Assembly: GCA_965198005.1 (NCBI GenBank)
Contig: CBDAOI010000004.1
Coordinates: 896,001 to 960,000, forward strand
From: Spirochaetia bacterium
GTDB lineage: Bacteria; Spirochaetota; Spirochaetia; SZUA-6; Bin103
Length of the DNA: 64,000 nucleotides
Direction: 5' to 3'
The notes beneath the pieces are model-generated. The model ran no database searches. It was not told the DNA's origin and worked only from the letters and a program-made list of their open reading frames with translations. Made by a program: the position numbers and the translations under genes. Below are positions 1-9,742 of this stretch, one piece after another. Positions within the stretch are counted from its first letter, which is position 1, and each line of letters opens with the position of its first letter.

Positions 1-159
1 GTGGATCTGATCAGCAACCAGCCAGATGAAGAAGCGGACATCGACTTCGAAGACGTAAGCAAGGATGAACGAGCGCTCGTCAAGGTTGGAGCAATATTCC
101 TACGGAGAGTGTGCCGTCATCCACGTCGGGCTCGGCGGTCGGGATAGAGGGTCGAGGTG

Positions 160-470
160 TACTGCCGGGCTCACCGACGTGGCGTCCCCCGCGGAAAAGT
201 GATCGGGCGCTGTGACGTCAATGACGTACGGACACAGCTCAATTGGACTCTGCGAACCGATGAGGTGAAACGGCCGCCGTGCCAACAGAACTACTGCCAA
301 TATGAAGGATCCGATCCGGGGATGTCTCGACAGGTACAGCCTCAGCTGCGTAAGCCCGCTCTCAAGCCCCTGGACGCAGCCGTACTCGGCAGCACGGCAC
401 AGGAGGTCACCAAGGACTCCACCGTTTCTCGCCGGCTTGCCCGTAGCTATTGCAGATGACGTCCGAACGA
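160..470 (-). pseudogene. Frameshifted internal fragment of a prokaryotic E2/E1(ThiF)-type protein
   Basis: Pieces in different frames (DLLCRAAEYGCVQGLESGL; LAVVLLARRPFHLIGSQSPIELCPYVIDV) resemble, from memory, the E2-ThiF proteins encoded after MBL hydrolases. Boundaries approximate. Confidence 0.4.
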
Positions 471-473
471 GAC

Positions 474-1043
474 GTACAGCGTCTCGTCGTCATCGCCATC
501 GTCGCTCGGCAGCGGACCGAGCAGCCGAGCCGTCATCGAGTCGTCCTCTGTCCCGTTGACGCGAGAGAACTCCCCATCGACGCGGACCAGGATGGCGCCA
601 AGGTCGTCGGTGCGCCGGTCCTCGTCCTGACCAAGAATCAGAATCCTATCTCCGTCTCCGACACCGTCGCCGACATCGCGGTACCGCCGCACCCGACGCC
701 GTGCCTCCGCGTTGAATGCCCTTGCATCCTCGCACAGGACGTTGCGGCGCGACGCTCGACGGAATACCATGGGCGACGACCATAGCTCCCGAATGAGGAT
801 CTTGTCGGCCTTGGCTGACCAGTCCCCGGCAGGGCCCATGTGGAAGTGCTTGCGGAGGCCGGTACAGTGATCCTTGTCAGGATGGCTGACGAGGAGCACG
901 TCTACGTACCAGCGACCCTCGCTGTCGCGCCCCAGCCGGTCACGAAGCAGCTGTGCCACATCGGGGGTGTTGTCGTCGGGATCGTCCGCCGCGGTTCGAA
1001 TGTTGATGTCTATCAGAATTCTGCAACCCGATTCGGTCGTGAC
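474..1043 (-). pseudogene. Metallo-beta-lactamase-fold hydrolase fragment (type found in MBL/E2-E1/JAB operons), truncated at both ends
   Basis: ILIDINIR and SHPDKDHCTG (HxDxDH) motifs, plus ELWSSP. No start codon of its own; it abuts the XRE gene at about 1043. Confidence 0.7.
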
Positions 1044-2034
1044 GCGGACGCTGGAACGGCTGGCGGAAGCGCTGGAGGTCTCAGTCCGCGAGTTGGTCAC
1101 CCCGGTGCGGCGCCTCGCGAGCGTTCGGTTTCGCGCCCCCGCGCGCGTGCGCGCCCGCGAGCAGATCCTGGCCCGGGTGGCAACGTGGCTCGATGACTAC
1201 TGCGCGCTGGAGAACTCTCTCGCCGTGGCCAAGCAGTTCACGGTTCGGCGACCTTTCCAAGCCAAACCTGACCCGATCGCCGTCGCACGGGATGCACGCA
1301 GGCAGTTCGGCCTCAGCGCGGACCAGCCGGTACAGGATATCTGCGGTCTGCTGGAGCAGCACGGCGTCAAGGTTCTGCTGCTGGATACCCGGCGCGACTC
1401 ATTCTTCGGATTGAGCGTCGGTCCCGAAGATGGTGGGCCGGCAGTGGTGGTGAATACCTGGGATCGGATTTCCGTTGAGCGTTGGATCTTCACTGCCGCG
1501 CATGAGTTAGGCCATCTGTTGCTGCATCCCGCCGAGTACGACAGCAGCGCCACCGACCTGCCGGTTGACGCAGAACGCGAGGCGGACGCCTTCGCGAGTG
1601 AGTTCTTGATGCCGAAAGAGGCATTTGCCGCGGCATGGCACCAGACGGAGGGGCACTCGCTATTGCTGCGAGTCCTCAAAGTCAAGCGGATCTTCCGTGT
1701 GAGCTACAAGACCGTCCTTTACCGGCTGGTGGAGTCGGGCCAAAGATCGAGCGATGTCTGGGGCGCGTTCCAGCGTCAACATCTCAGGCGCTTCGGAGAC
1801 ACGCTGCGCAAGGCAGACGAACCCGCCGCTCTGACCGAGAGTGAGTTTGCGTGGCAGTGGGGCCGGTCCGGCGAGCCGGACCGCCTCTCCCCGTACGACT
1901 TCGTGGAAGACCGCCTCTCACTTCTCGTGCGCCGAGCGCTCCGGAAAGGGCACATCTCCCTTGGGCGCGGTGCCGAAATCCTCGGTCTGAGCCGGGACCA
2001 GATGCGCCAGCGCGTTCAAGAGTGGGCCAACTGA
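1044..2034 (+). pseudogene. XRE HTH + ImmA/IrrE (M78) metallopeptidase, 5' end lost
   Basis: Last HTH helix TLERLAEALEVSVREL, FTAAHELGHLLLH (HExxH) and EREADAFASEFLMP. The N-terminus of ORF 874..2034 is antisense MBL sequence. Confidence 0.8.
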
Positions 2035-2270
2035 AGCGAGCCGCCACTACCATGCTCCTGGCCGACGCGGATGTCCTCATCGACTACCGCGACTCCGATT
2101 TGGAGGTAGTAGGGCTCATTGGGCAACACGTCGGCCCCGTATCCGTCCTGTCGCCGGTGCTGGATGAGGTCCGCGGGCTTTCACAGGCCGATTGTGAGCA
2201 GCTGTCTATTCCCGTCGTCATGGTCGCCACCCGACGCCTGCTCAAGGCCGCCAGCATCGACTCGAGTGTT
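2022..2270 (+). pseudogene. PIN-like protein coupled to ImmA/IrrE, C-terminally truncated
   Basis: MLLADADVLIDY...VLDEV PIN-type N-terminus. Overlaps the upstream stop. Similarity stops after about 80 aa. Confidence 0.55.
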
Positions 2271-2295
2271 CGGCCCCTATCCGGGCCTCGCCTAA

Positions 2296-3780
2296 TCAGT
2301 AGGACTGCTGGTCGGGGTCGATTTCGTCGACCCAGGCATTGATGCCGCCGTCCAGGTTGACCACGTCGCGGAAGCCCGCCTGTTGCATCTGGGCCACGGC
2401 GTTGGCGCTACGGCCGCCCAGCTTGCAGTGCACGACGTAGCTGGCCGCGGGATCGAGCTCGCCGAGGCGGTCCGGCAACTCGCCGAGCGGGATCAGCTCG
2501 GCGCCCTCGATCTGGTTGATGTCCGCCTCCCACGGCTCGCGCACGTCGATGAGTTGGAACCGGTCGCCGCGCTCGAGGCGGGCCTGCAGCTCGTGCACGT
2601 CGATCTCGCGGATGCCGCCGTCGGCGTCGCCATCGGCCGCTTCGCCGCCCGCCGCCGCGGCCTGTCCGCCGCCGCTGCCGTCGAATGCCGGCACGCCGCA
2701 GAACTGCTCGTAGTCGATCAGCTCGGTCACGGTCGGGTGCTCGCCGCACACCAGGCACTGCGGGTTGCGGCGCAGCTTGAGTTGGCGGAAGCCCAGCTTG
2801 AGGGCGTCGTAGATCACCAGCCGCCCGGCGGCCACCTCGCCGATGCCGAGCAGCACCTTGATCACCTCGTTGGCCTGCAGCGCGCCGACCACGCCGGGCA
2901 GCACGCCCAGCACGCCGCCCTCGGCGCAACTCGGCACCAGTCCCGGCGGCGGCGGCTCGCTGTACAGGCAGCGGTAGCAGGGGCCGCCCTGATAGTGGAA
3001 CACCGAGATCTGTCCCTCGAAGCGGAAGATCGAGCCGTACACGTTGGGCTTGCCGGTGAGCACGCAAGCATCGTTCACCAGGTAGCGCGTGGGGAAGTTG
3101 TCGGTGCCGTCGGCCACCACGTCGTAGTTCCTGAACAGCTCCAGCGCGTTGGCCGAAGTGAGCGGCCCCTCGATCGGCTCGATGGTGATGGTGGGGTTGA
3201 GGTCGGCCAGCCGGTCGGTTGCCCGCTGCAGCTTGGACTGCCCCACCTGCGAGGTGCCGTACAGGATCTGGCGCTGCAGGTTGGTCTCGTCGATCTTGTC
3301 GAACTCGACGATGCCGATGCGGCCGATGCCGGCCGCGACCAGGTACAGGGCCAGCGGCGAGCCGAGCCCGCCGGCGCCGATCAGCAGCGCGGAACTGGCC
3401 TTGAGCCGTTCCTGCCCCGCGCGCCCCACGTCGGGGATCAGGAGGTGGCGGCTGTAGCGCGCCAGCTCGGCTGCGCTCAGGGAAGCCGCGCCGCTGCCGC
3501 CGGCTCCGCCGGCAATCGACGGCACGATGGAGATGGTGTCGCCGCTCTTGACCGCGGTGTCCTCGCCGTCCTGATAGCGGATGTCTTCCTCGTTCACGTA
3601 GACGTTGACGAAGTTGCGCAGCGAGCCGTCGGCGCCGAACAGGTGCTTTCCCAGGTCGCCGTGGGCGGCCGCGAGTTGGCGCAGCACTTCGCCGACGGCG
3701 CCTTCGCCGTCGACCGAAACCGTGTCCTGATTGTCCAGAAAGGGCCGTAGCGGAGTGGGGATGTGAATGGTAATGGCCAT
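2296..3780 (-). CDS. moeB: MoaD/ThiS/CysO ubiquitin-like domain fused to MoeB/E1 adenylyltransferase and rhodanese (MoeZ-like)
   Basis: ATG at 3780. Ubl IHIPTPLR...NVYVNEEDIR...IVPSIAGG; E1 RYSRH, GAGGLG, CYRC, PSCAEGGVLG, CLVC; rhodanese IDVREPWE and HCKLGGRS. Confidence 0.93.
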   Translation of the reverse strand: MAITIHIPTPLRPFLDNQDTVSVDGEGAVGEVLRQLAAAHGDLGKHLFGADGSLRNFVNVYVNEEDIRYQDGEDTAVKSGDTISIVPSIAGGAGGSGAASLSAAELARYSRHLLIPDVGRAGQERLKASSALLIGAGGLGSPLALYLVAAGIGRIGIVEFDKIDETNLQRQILYGTSQVGQSKLQRATDRLADLNPTITIEPIEGPLTSANALELFRNYDVVADGTDNFPTRYLVNDACVLTGKPNVYGSIFRFEGQISVFHYQGGPCYRCLYSEPPPPGLVPSCAEGGVLGVLPGVVGALQANEVIKVLLGIGEVAAGRLVIYDALKLGFRQLKLRRNPQCLVCGEHPTVTELIDYEQFCGVPAFDGSGGGQAAAAGGEAADGDADGGIREIDVHELQARLERGDRFQLIDVREPWEADINQIEGAELIPLGELPDRLGELDPAASYVVHCKLGGRSANAVAQMQQAGFRDVVNLDGGINAWVDEIDPDQQSY

Positions 3781-3977
3781 GGTCCTACAATAGTACCCAC
3801 GATGCGGTACGCGGCCAAACCGGGCAGGTCGGACCAAGTCCCGGCAGGCTCGGCCGCTCGCGACCGGCCGACTGCACGGGGACGACGCGACCCGCCACGC
3901 GCGCCACGATGCCTGCTTCGAGATTCGCCGGATCCTGGTGTATGTTCTGTCGACGGCGACTGACAGGAGCGCGACCC

Positions 3978-4191
3978 GTGGAACGCAGGAACCTGGACAC
4001 CGACTATCTGAAACGAAGCGCTCCTGGTACTGCGCGGCCCGGGACTGGGCAGGATCGACGCCTCTCGGCTGGCAGACCTGGAGGAAGCGCTGCGGGACTC
4101 CACGATCCCGTTTCTGGTGGAGGCGCGCGATTGGGCGAGGCTGCCGGAGAGCTTTCGTCGGGAGATCGAACGGGAATACGTTGTCTTGTGA
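3978..4191 (+). pseudogene. Deleted HEPN-MNT toxin-antitoxin remnant
   Basis: GTG-start piece ERRNLDTDYLKR (resembles an HI0074-type HEPN start) joined out of frame to LVLRGPGLGRIDASRLADLEEALRDSTIPFLVEARDWARLPESFRREIEREYVVL* (MNT C-terminal half, 4021-4191). Confidence 0.6.
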
Positions 4192-5333
4192 TGCGGCCGA
4201 CTGACCTGACCATCACCCTCGGCGTGGAAGAGGAGTTCTTCCTGGTGGATCCCGAGACGCGGGATCTGATCGCCGATCCGGACCCGGCGCTGTTCGCCGA
4301 CTGTGAGCGGCACCACGGACCGCACAAGGTCGTGCACGAGTTTCTGCGCGCGCAGATCGAGACCAATACGCGAGTGTGCAGCTCCATCGCCGATCTGCGG
4401 GCCGCCCTGGTCGAGACCCGGAGGTTGGTGATCGACGCCGCGCAACGCCACGGCGCCGCGGTCATGGCCGCTTCGACCCATCCCTTCGCGCACTGGAGCG
4501 ATCAGTCGATTACCCCGAAAGAGCGTTACGGCCGGTTGGCGGTGGCATTTCAGGAGGTGGCCCGCCGTTTCCTGGTCGGCGGCATGCACGTCCACGCCGG
4601 CTTCGGCGATCCCGACTCGCGGTTGCGGGTGATGACCGCGCTGCGCCGCTACCTGCCGGTACTGCACGCGCTGTCCACCTCGTCGCCGTTCAACGCCGGC
4701 CGCGAGACCGGCTTCAAGTCCTACCGGCTGACGATCATCGGCGCGCTGCCCCGCACCAGTCTGCCGCCGCCGTTTCATTCCCGTGCGGAGTACGATCGGC
4801 TGGTGGCCGCCTACCGGGCCATGGAGTTCATCGATGACGGCAGCGAGCTGTGGTGGGACATTCGCCCGGGGGCCGTCTATCCCACCGTCGAAGTGCGGAT
4901 CTGCGACGTCTGCCCGCGACTGGAGGATACGCTGAGCATCGCGGCCCTGTACGCCTGTCTGGTCAGACGGCTGCTGCGCCGGGACGCCGAGGGTGGCCTC
5001 CCGCCGGAGCCGCCGACCGAGATCATCGCCGAGAACCGCTGGCTGGCGGCGCGTTACGGCGTGCTCTCGTTGTTCGGCGACACCTCCTCCGGGGGGCGGA
5101 TCGACATCGACGAGTACGTCGCGCAACTGGTGCGCGAATTGGCCGCCGATGCCACTGCGCTCGGCTGTGAAGCGGAGCTGCAGGGCGTGCTGCGGATCAT
5201 CCGCGATGGTACCGGCGGCGATCGGCTGCTCGACCTGTTCCGGCTGCGCCGGCTGGAGGGCTGCAGCGTCCCGCAGGCGCTGCGCGCGGTGGTGGATCTG
5301 GCGGTCGCCGATACCCGCGCGGGACTGGCCTGA
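4191..5333 (+). CDS. ybdK: Carboxylate-amine ligase / glutamate-cysteine ligase (GCS2 family)
   Basis: TLGVEEEFFLVD, GMHVHAG, ALSTSSPF, LWWDIRP, TVEVRICD. ATG at 4191. Confidence 0.9.
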   Translation: MRPTDLTITLGVEEEFFLVDPETRDLIADPDPALFADCERHHGPHKVVHEFLRAQIETNTRVCSSIADLRAALVETRRLVIDAAQRHGAAVMAASTHPFAHWSDQSITPKERYGRLAVAFQEVARRFLVGGMHVHAGFGDPDSRLRVMTALRRYLPVLHALSTSSPFNAGRETGFKSYRLTIIGALPRTSLPPPFHSRAEYDRLVAAYRAMEFIDDGSELWWDIRPGAVYPTVEVRICDVCPRLEDTLSIAALYACLVRRLLRRDAEGGLPPEPPTEIIAENRWLAARYGVLSLFGDTSSGGRIDIDEYVAQLVRELAADATALGCEAELQGVLRIIRDGTGGDRLLDLFRLRRLEGCSVPQALRAVVDLAVADTRAGLA

Positions 5334-5403
5334 CCGGGAGCTGCCAGAGCTGCAAGCCCGGTGGTGCGGCGGGCGCGGTTCGGGGTATGCTGTGGACTCA
5401 TCC

Positions 5404-7209
5404 ATGACCAATGATCAGCCCCTCATCGTGCAAGGTGTGGACACTCTGCTGCTGGAGGTGGCCACTCCCCGGTTCGAGGCGGCGCGGTCGCAGCTTCTGG
5501 CGTTCGCGGAGTTGATCAAGGCGCCCGAGCACGTTCATACCTACCGCGTCACCGCCCTGTCGATCTGGAACGCGCGCGCCGCCGGCGTGACCGTGGAGCA
5601 GATCGTCGCGACCCTGCGCGAGTTCAGCCGCTACCCGGTGCCCGAGGCCACGGTCGCCGAGATCCGTTCCCACGCCGCGCGCTTCGGCAAGCTGCGGCTG
5701 CTGGCCGGGGACCACGGGCTGGTGCTCGAATCGAGCGACGACGAGTCGTTGGAAATCGCGCGCCGCCATCGCGAGGTGTCCAAGTGGCTGGGCGACCGCA
5801 TCGGCCGGCGCACGTTCCAGGTGGACGCCGAGAAGCGCGGCCTGCTCAAGCTGGCGCTGGTGCGCGCCGGCTTTCCGCCCAACGACGAAGCCGGCTACAC
5901 CCGCGGGCTGCCGCTCAGCTTCGCGTTGCGCGAGACCACGCTGAGCGGACAGCCGTTCGTCTTGCGCGCTTACCAGGTGGAGGCGGCGCGCGCGTTCGAC
6001 GATGCGCGCCTCACCGCCGGCGGCAGCGGCGTCATCGTGCTGCCGTGCGGCGCCGGCAAGACGGTGGTCGGCCTGGCCTGCGCGCGCGCCCTGCAGTGCA
6101 CCACGCTGGTGCTCTGCACCAGCGTCACGGCGGCCCGGCAGTGGATCGCCGAGGCGCTCGACAAGACCACCCTGGACGCGGAGCAGGTGGGCCTCTACGC
6201 CGGTCCCAAGCGCGCCCTGCGGCCGTTCACGGTGGCCACCTACCAGATGCTCACCTACCGTCGCCGGGCCGACGAGCCGATGACCAACCTGGAGGTGTTC
6301 GACCGTGGCAACTGGGGCCTGATCATCTACGACGAGGTGCACCTGCTGCCGGCGCCGGTGTTCCAGATCACCGCGGCCCTGCAGGCGCGCCGGCGGCTGG
6401 GGTTGACCGCGACCCTGGTGCGGGAGGATGGTCACGAGGACGATGTGTTCGCCCTGATCGGCCCCAAGAAGGCCGACGTCCCGTGGCGTGAGCTGGAGCA
6501 TCAGGGCTGGGTGGCTACCGCCCGCTGCACCGAGCTGCGCGTGCCGCTGGCGCGGGAGCGGCGTCTGAGCTACGCGGCGTCCGGCCCGCGCCGGCAGTTC
6601 CGCATGGCGGCCGAGAACCCGGCCAAGACCGCCCTGGTGCGGGCGCTGCTGGAGCGGCATCCCGATGACCGCATCCTGGTGATGGCGATGTACGTCGAGC
6701 AGATCAGGGAGCTGGCAGCCGCCCTCGACATCCCCGTGCTCACCGGCACTTCCTCCCAGAAGCGGCGCGACAAGCTGTTCGCGGCGTTCCGCGACGGTGA
6801 GATCCGGCGCCTGGCGGTGAGCAAGATCGGCAGCCTCGCCCTCGACCTGCCGGAGGCCAACGTCGCCATCCAGGTCTCCGGCACCTTCGGCTCACGCCAG
6901 GAAGAGGCGCAGCGCCTCGGCCGCATCCTGCGCCCCAAGCGCGACGGCGGGCAGGCATACTTCTATTCGCTGGTCAGCGCCGCCACCGTGGAGCAGGAAT
7001 TCGCCATGCACCGCCAGCGCTTTCTCTGCGAGCAGGGCTACGAGTACGCCATCGCCGACGCCGAGGCTCCCGAAGCTGGTGCCGTCGAACCCATGCCGCC
7101 CGCGCCACCGGCGGTGAATGGCGTGGATGCGGCGCCGGCCGCGGCCGGAGCGAGCCCTGAGCGGCGCTTTCAACTCGTCCGTCCCGGCGAGCTCAATCCA
7201 CCTCGGTGA
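5404..7209 (+). CDS. XPB/Ssl2/Rad25-like SF2 DNA helicase
   Basis: PLIVQG..LLLEV N-terminal domain, LPCGAGKT, DEVH, GLTATLVREDG, SRQEEAQRLGRILR. Confidence 0.93.
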   Translation: MTNDQPLIVQGVDTLLLEVATPRFEAARSQLLAFAELIKAPEHVHTYRVTALSIWNARAAGVTVEQIVATLREFSRYPVPEATVAEIRSHAARFGKLRLLAGDHGLVLESSDDESLEIARRHREVSKWLGDRIGRRTFQVDAEKRGLLKLALVRAGFPPNDEAGYTRGLPLSFALRETTLSGQPFVLRAYQVEAARAFDDARLTAGGSGVIVLPCGAGKTVVGLACARALQCTTLVLCTSVTAARQWIAEALDKTTLDAEQVGLYAGPKRALRPFTVATYQMLTYRRRADEPMTNLEVFDRGNWGLIIYDEVHLLPAPVFQITAALQARRRLGLTATLVREDGHEDDVFALIGPKKADVPWRELEHQGWVATARCTELRVPLARERRLSYAASGPRRQFRMAAENPAKTALVRALLERHPDDRILVMAMYVEQIRELAAALDIPVLTGTSSQKRRDKLFAAFRDGEIRRLAVSKIGSLALDLPEANVAIQVSGTFGSRQEEAQRLGRILRPKRDGGQAYFYSLVSAATVEQEFAMHRQRFLCEQGYEYAIADAEAPEAGAVEPMPPAPPAVNGVDAAPAAAGASPERRFQLVRPGELNPPR

Positions 7210-9236
7210 AGCTGCCCCAGGTCGATTGGAAACGGTTCCTGGCGTTGCTCCCGCAGTGGGACGAGCTGCCGGACAATCTGCGCACGGATTGGCTTCAGTT
7301 GCACCCGTCGGAGCGCTACACGTTGGTTCCCGGGGGCAAAGCTGATGCGCTGATCCGCGGCGGCTGGCTCACGCCGGCCGGCGGTGACCGCTACGAGCTG
7401 GCGCGCCGGCGGCGCTACTTTCATCGCGCCCTGCGCGCGTGCTCGCGCGTGGCGGTGTTCGACCGTTACGGGAGCGGCGACCGGAAAATGCTGGTCGACT
7501 ACCTGGGCGAGCACTTCTCGCCGCGCGATTACGCGACGCTCGGTCGCGCGGGCGCCGGGACGGATTGCGCCGGGCTGGCCGCGGAGATGAACCGTGAGGA
7601 GTGGCTGGGCGAATTCCTGCGCTGGGCGAGCCCCGGAGGCGCAGCCGAGGGACCCGCGCAACGGTGGCGCCGCGCGTCGCCGGCAGCCGTCACCGCCGCG
7701 CGCGCACTGGTCGAAGCGGCAATCGACCGTGGCGCACCGATTCCCCTTGCCGAGCTGATGAACTCGGCGGACCACGTCTCCCGCCCCAGCCAGATCGCGT
7801 TGGGGTTGGCATTCGGCTGCGGGGAGGCGCTGCTGCTGGTCGGCCTCGATGGCGCGGCGCTGCCCTTCATCGGGGTGTGGCCGGCGTCCCGCTCCACCCC
7901 GGCCGCCGCGGCTCCCGCGCGGGCGCCGCAGTTCGCCGACGCCACGCCGCTGTTCTGCCGGCCGTTGCTGATCGACGACATGGCGACCCTGCTGCTGGAG
8001 TCGACGGCGGCGCCGCCACGCCTCAAGGCCGGCGAACGCCTCGAGCTGTTCGCCCGCGCCCGCGACGCCATCGGTGCCGCGCTCCCGCCGCTGCCGCCCT
8101 GGATCAAGACCGCCGATGGACCACTGGCTCGCGACTCTCGGGTCGACGTGGCCGCGTATTCCGCGCGCCGGCTGGGGTTGGCGGCCACCACGGGCATGCG
8201 CGGCAAGGACTTCAGCCTGGAGGTAACCGAACGCGGCCGCCGCTGGCTGACGGTCGGCGCCGGAGCACGACTCAAGCAGGTGCTCGACGTGGTGCGCGAT
8301 GGTGTCGACGAGGAACGAGGGCGGGCCCCCGACGCGGACTATCCGTATGGCGTGCCTGGGGGCACGAGTGATGACTCCGCGGCGTTGGAACCGGGCCTCA
8401 GCTATCTGCCGTACGACCCCGGCCTGGAGTATCCGTGGATCCACCATCTCGACTGCCGCGCGGCCGTCACCGATGCCTTTCGCTCGGTCGCGGCCGCCGC
8501 CGCGGTCGGCCTTGTCGAGTTCGTGGACGGGCATTGCCGCGAGAGTAATCCGCTCACCGCCATCGCCTTCATGCCCTACGTGGACGAAGAAACCATCGAC
8601 CGGCAGTGGGCAACGGCGTTGCATACCTTCTTCAACCGGCGTCTGATTGCGCTGGGGGCAGTGGCGCTGGGCCTGCTGACCGACGGCCACCTCGGGTTCC
8701 GTCTCACGCCGGTTGGCCGGTATCTGCTGGGGGAGACCGATGAGCTCGAGTTGGACGCGCCTGAGGAGCCCGGCGATATCCTCGTGCAGCCCAACTTCGA
8801 GATCGTGTTTCTGGCGCCGTCGCTGGACGCCCAGCTCCGCGCCCGTTCCTGCGCAGACCCGACGGCCGCGCTGGAAGGACCGGAATCGGTGGGCACGTTG
8901 TTCGTCCTGCGCCGGGAGTCGGTGCAACGCGCCGTCATCGCGGGCCAGGACGCGGACCGCATCGTCGCCTCACTGCGCGAGCTGTCCAAGCATCCGCTGC
9001 CGGACAACGTGCAACGGCAGGTAACCACGTGGGCCGCGGAGGTGCGCTGGATCGACGTGCACCCGGCGGTGGTGGTGGACTGCGGCGATCCCGAGACCGC
9101 CGCCCGCGTGCTGACGGTAGTCGGCAAGGCGGGCCGGCAACTGTCCGCTACCGCGGTGGAGTTGCTCGTCGGGAACAAGCTCACCGCGGCGATGCGCAAG
9201 AAGCTGATGGCCGGGGGCATCTTCGTACGTTCATGA
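7206..9236 (+). CDS. XPB-associated protein with C-terminal Helicase_C_3-like domain
   Basis: GTGA overlap with XPB. C-terminal LVQPNFEIV...RESVQRA...LPDNVQRQVTTWA is typical of XPB partner proteins. Confidence 0.75.
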   Translation: MKLPQVDWKRFLALLPQWDELPDNLRTDWLQLHPSERYTLVPGGKADALIRGGWLTPAGGDRYELARRRRYFHRALRACSRVAVFDRYGSGDRKMLVDYLGEHFSPRDYATLGRAGAGTDCAGLAAEMNREEWLGEFLRWASPGGAAEGPAQRWRRASPAAVTAARALVEAAIDRGAPIPLAELMNSADHVSRPSQIALGLAFGCGEALLLVGLDGAALPFIGVWPASRSTPAAAAPARAPQFADATPLFCRPLLIDDMATLLLESTAAPPRLKAGERLELFARARDAIGAALPPLPPWIKTADGPLARDSRVDVAAYSARRLGLAATTGMRGKDFSLEVTERGRRWLTVGAGARLKQVLDVVRDGVDEERGRAPDADYPYGVPGGTSDDSAALEPGLSYLPYDPGLEYPWIHHLDCRAAVTDAFRSVAAAAAVGLVEFVDGHCRESNPLTAIAFMPYVDEETIDRQWATALHTFFNRRLIALGAVALGLLTDGHLGFRLTPVGRYLLGETDELELDAPEEPGDILVQPNFEIVFLAPSLDAQLRARSCADPTAALEGPESVGTLFVLRRESVQRAVIAGQDADRIVASLRELSKHPLPDNVQRQVTTWAAEVRWIDVHPAVVVDCGDPETAARVLTVVGKAGRQLSATAVELLVGNKLTAAMRKKLMAGGIFVRS

Positions 9237-9274
9237 CCGGGTTCACGGCGTCACGCGAAATACGTCGGCGAGGT

Positions 9275-9742
9275 TCAGCGTGAAGCCCTTAGTGGCTCCG
9301 CCGGCTTGATGAGCAGATCGTCGGTGCGGAAGGCGGAGCGCTCGTCGTTGAGCAGGAACGCCCCGGCAGCGTCGGCCCGGGGCGTGCTATCCCCTACGCG
9401 GCGAACCGACACGATGATGTAGACGAAGTTGGGCTGGGCGAGTTCGAGGTCGGTCGCGCTCGGCCGGGCCGGGTGGTCCGGGTGGGAGTGGTAGAAGCCG
9501 AGCAGCGTCTGGCCGGCGGCGTCGGCCGCCCGCTCGGCGGCCAGATAGTCGAGCGGCGACACCAGATAGCGGCGCTCGCGGTTGGCGCCGGAGCGGTTGT
9601 CGATGGGGAATAGCCGTTGCACGGTGCGCGTCCCACCCTCGGCCGTGACGGTGCCGATCAGGGCGCCGACGCACTCTTCGGGGTACGCCTCACGTCCGTG
9701 CCGCTCGATTTCAGTGAAAAGGGTCTGCGGTAACGTAGTCAT
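9275..9742 (-). CDS. mec: JAB/Mov34 (M67) metallopeptidase, Mec-like CysO-cysteine peptidase
   Basis: YPEECVG and YHSHPDHPARPSATD (JAMM motif). Overlaps the end of the cysteine synthase gene. Confidence 0.88.
   Translation of the reverse strand: MTTLPQTLFTEIERHGREAYPEECVGALIGTVTAEGGTRTVQRLFPIDNRSGANRERRYLVSPLDYLAAERAADAAGQTLLGFYHSHPDHPARPSATDLELAQPNFVYIIVSVRRVGDSTPRADAAGAFLLNDERSAFRTDDLLIKPAEPLRASR

Noticed and set aside
874-1043. Genuine overlapping genes (XRE-ImmA and MBL) on opposite strands
   Set aside because: Each ORF only reads through the antisense of the other across a deletion junction.
9275-9742. JAB + E1 + Ubl as an antiphage ubiquitination system (CBASS Cap2/Cap3 or Bil-like)
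   Set aside because: The E1 carries a rhodanese domain, no E2 is linked, and the JAB overlaps cysM. This fits sulfur transfer for cysteine synthesis.
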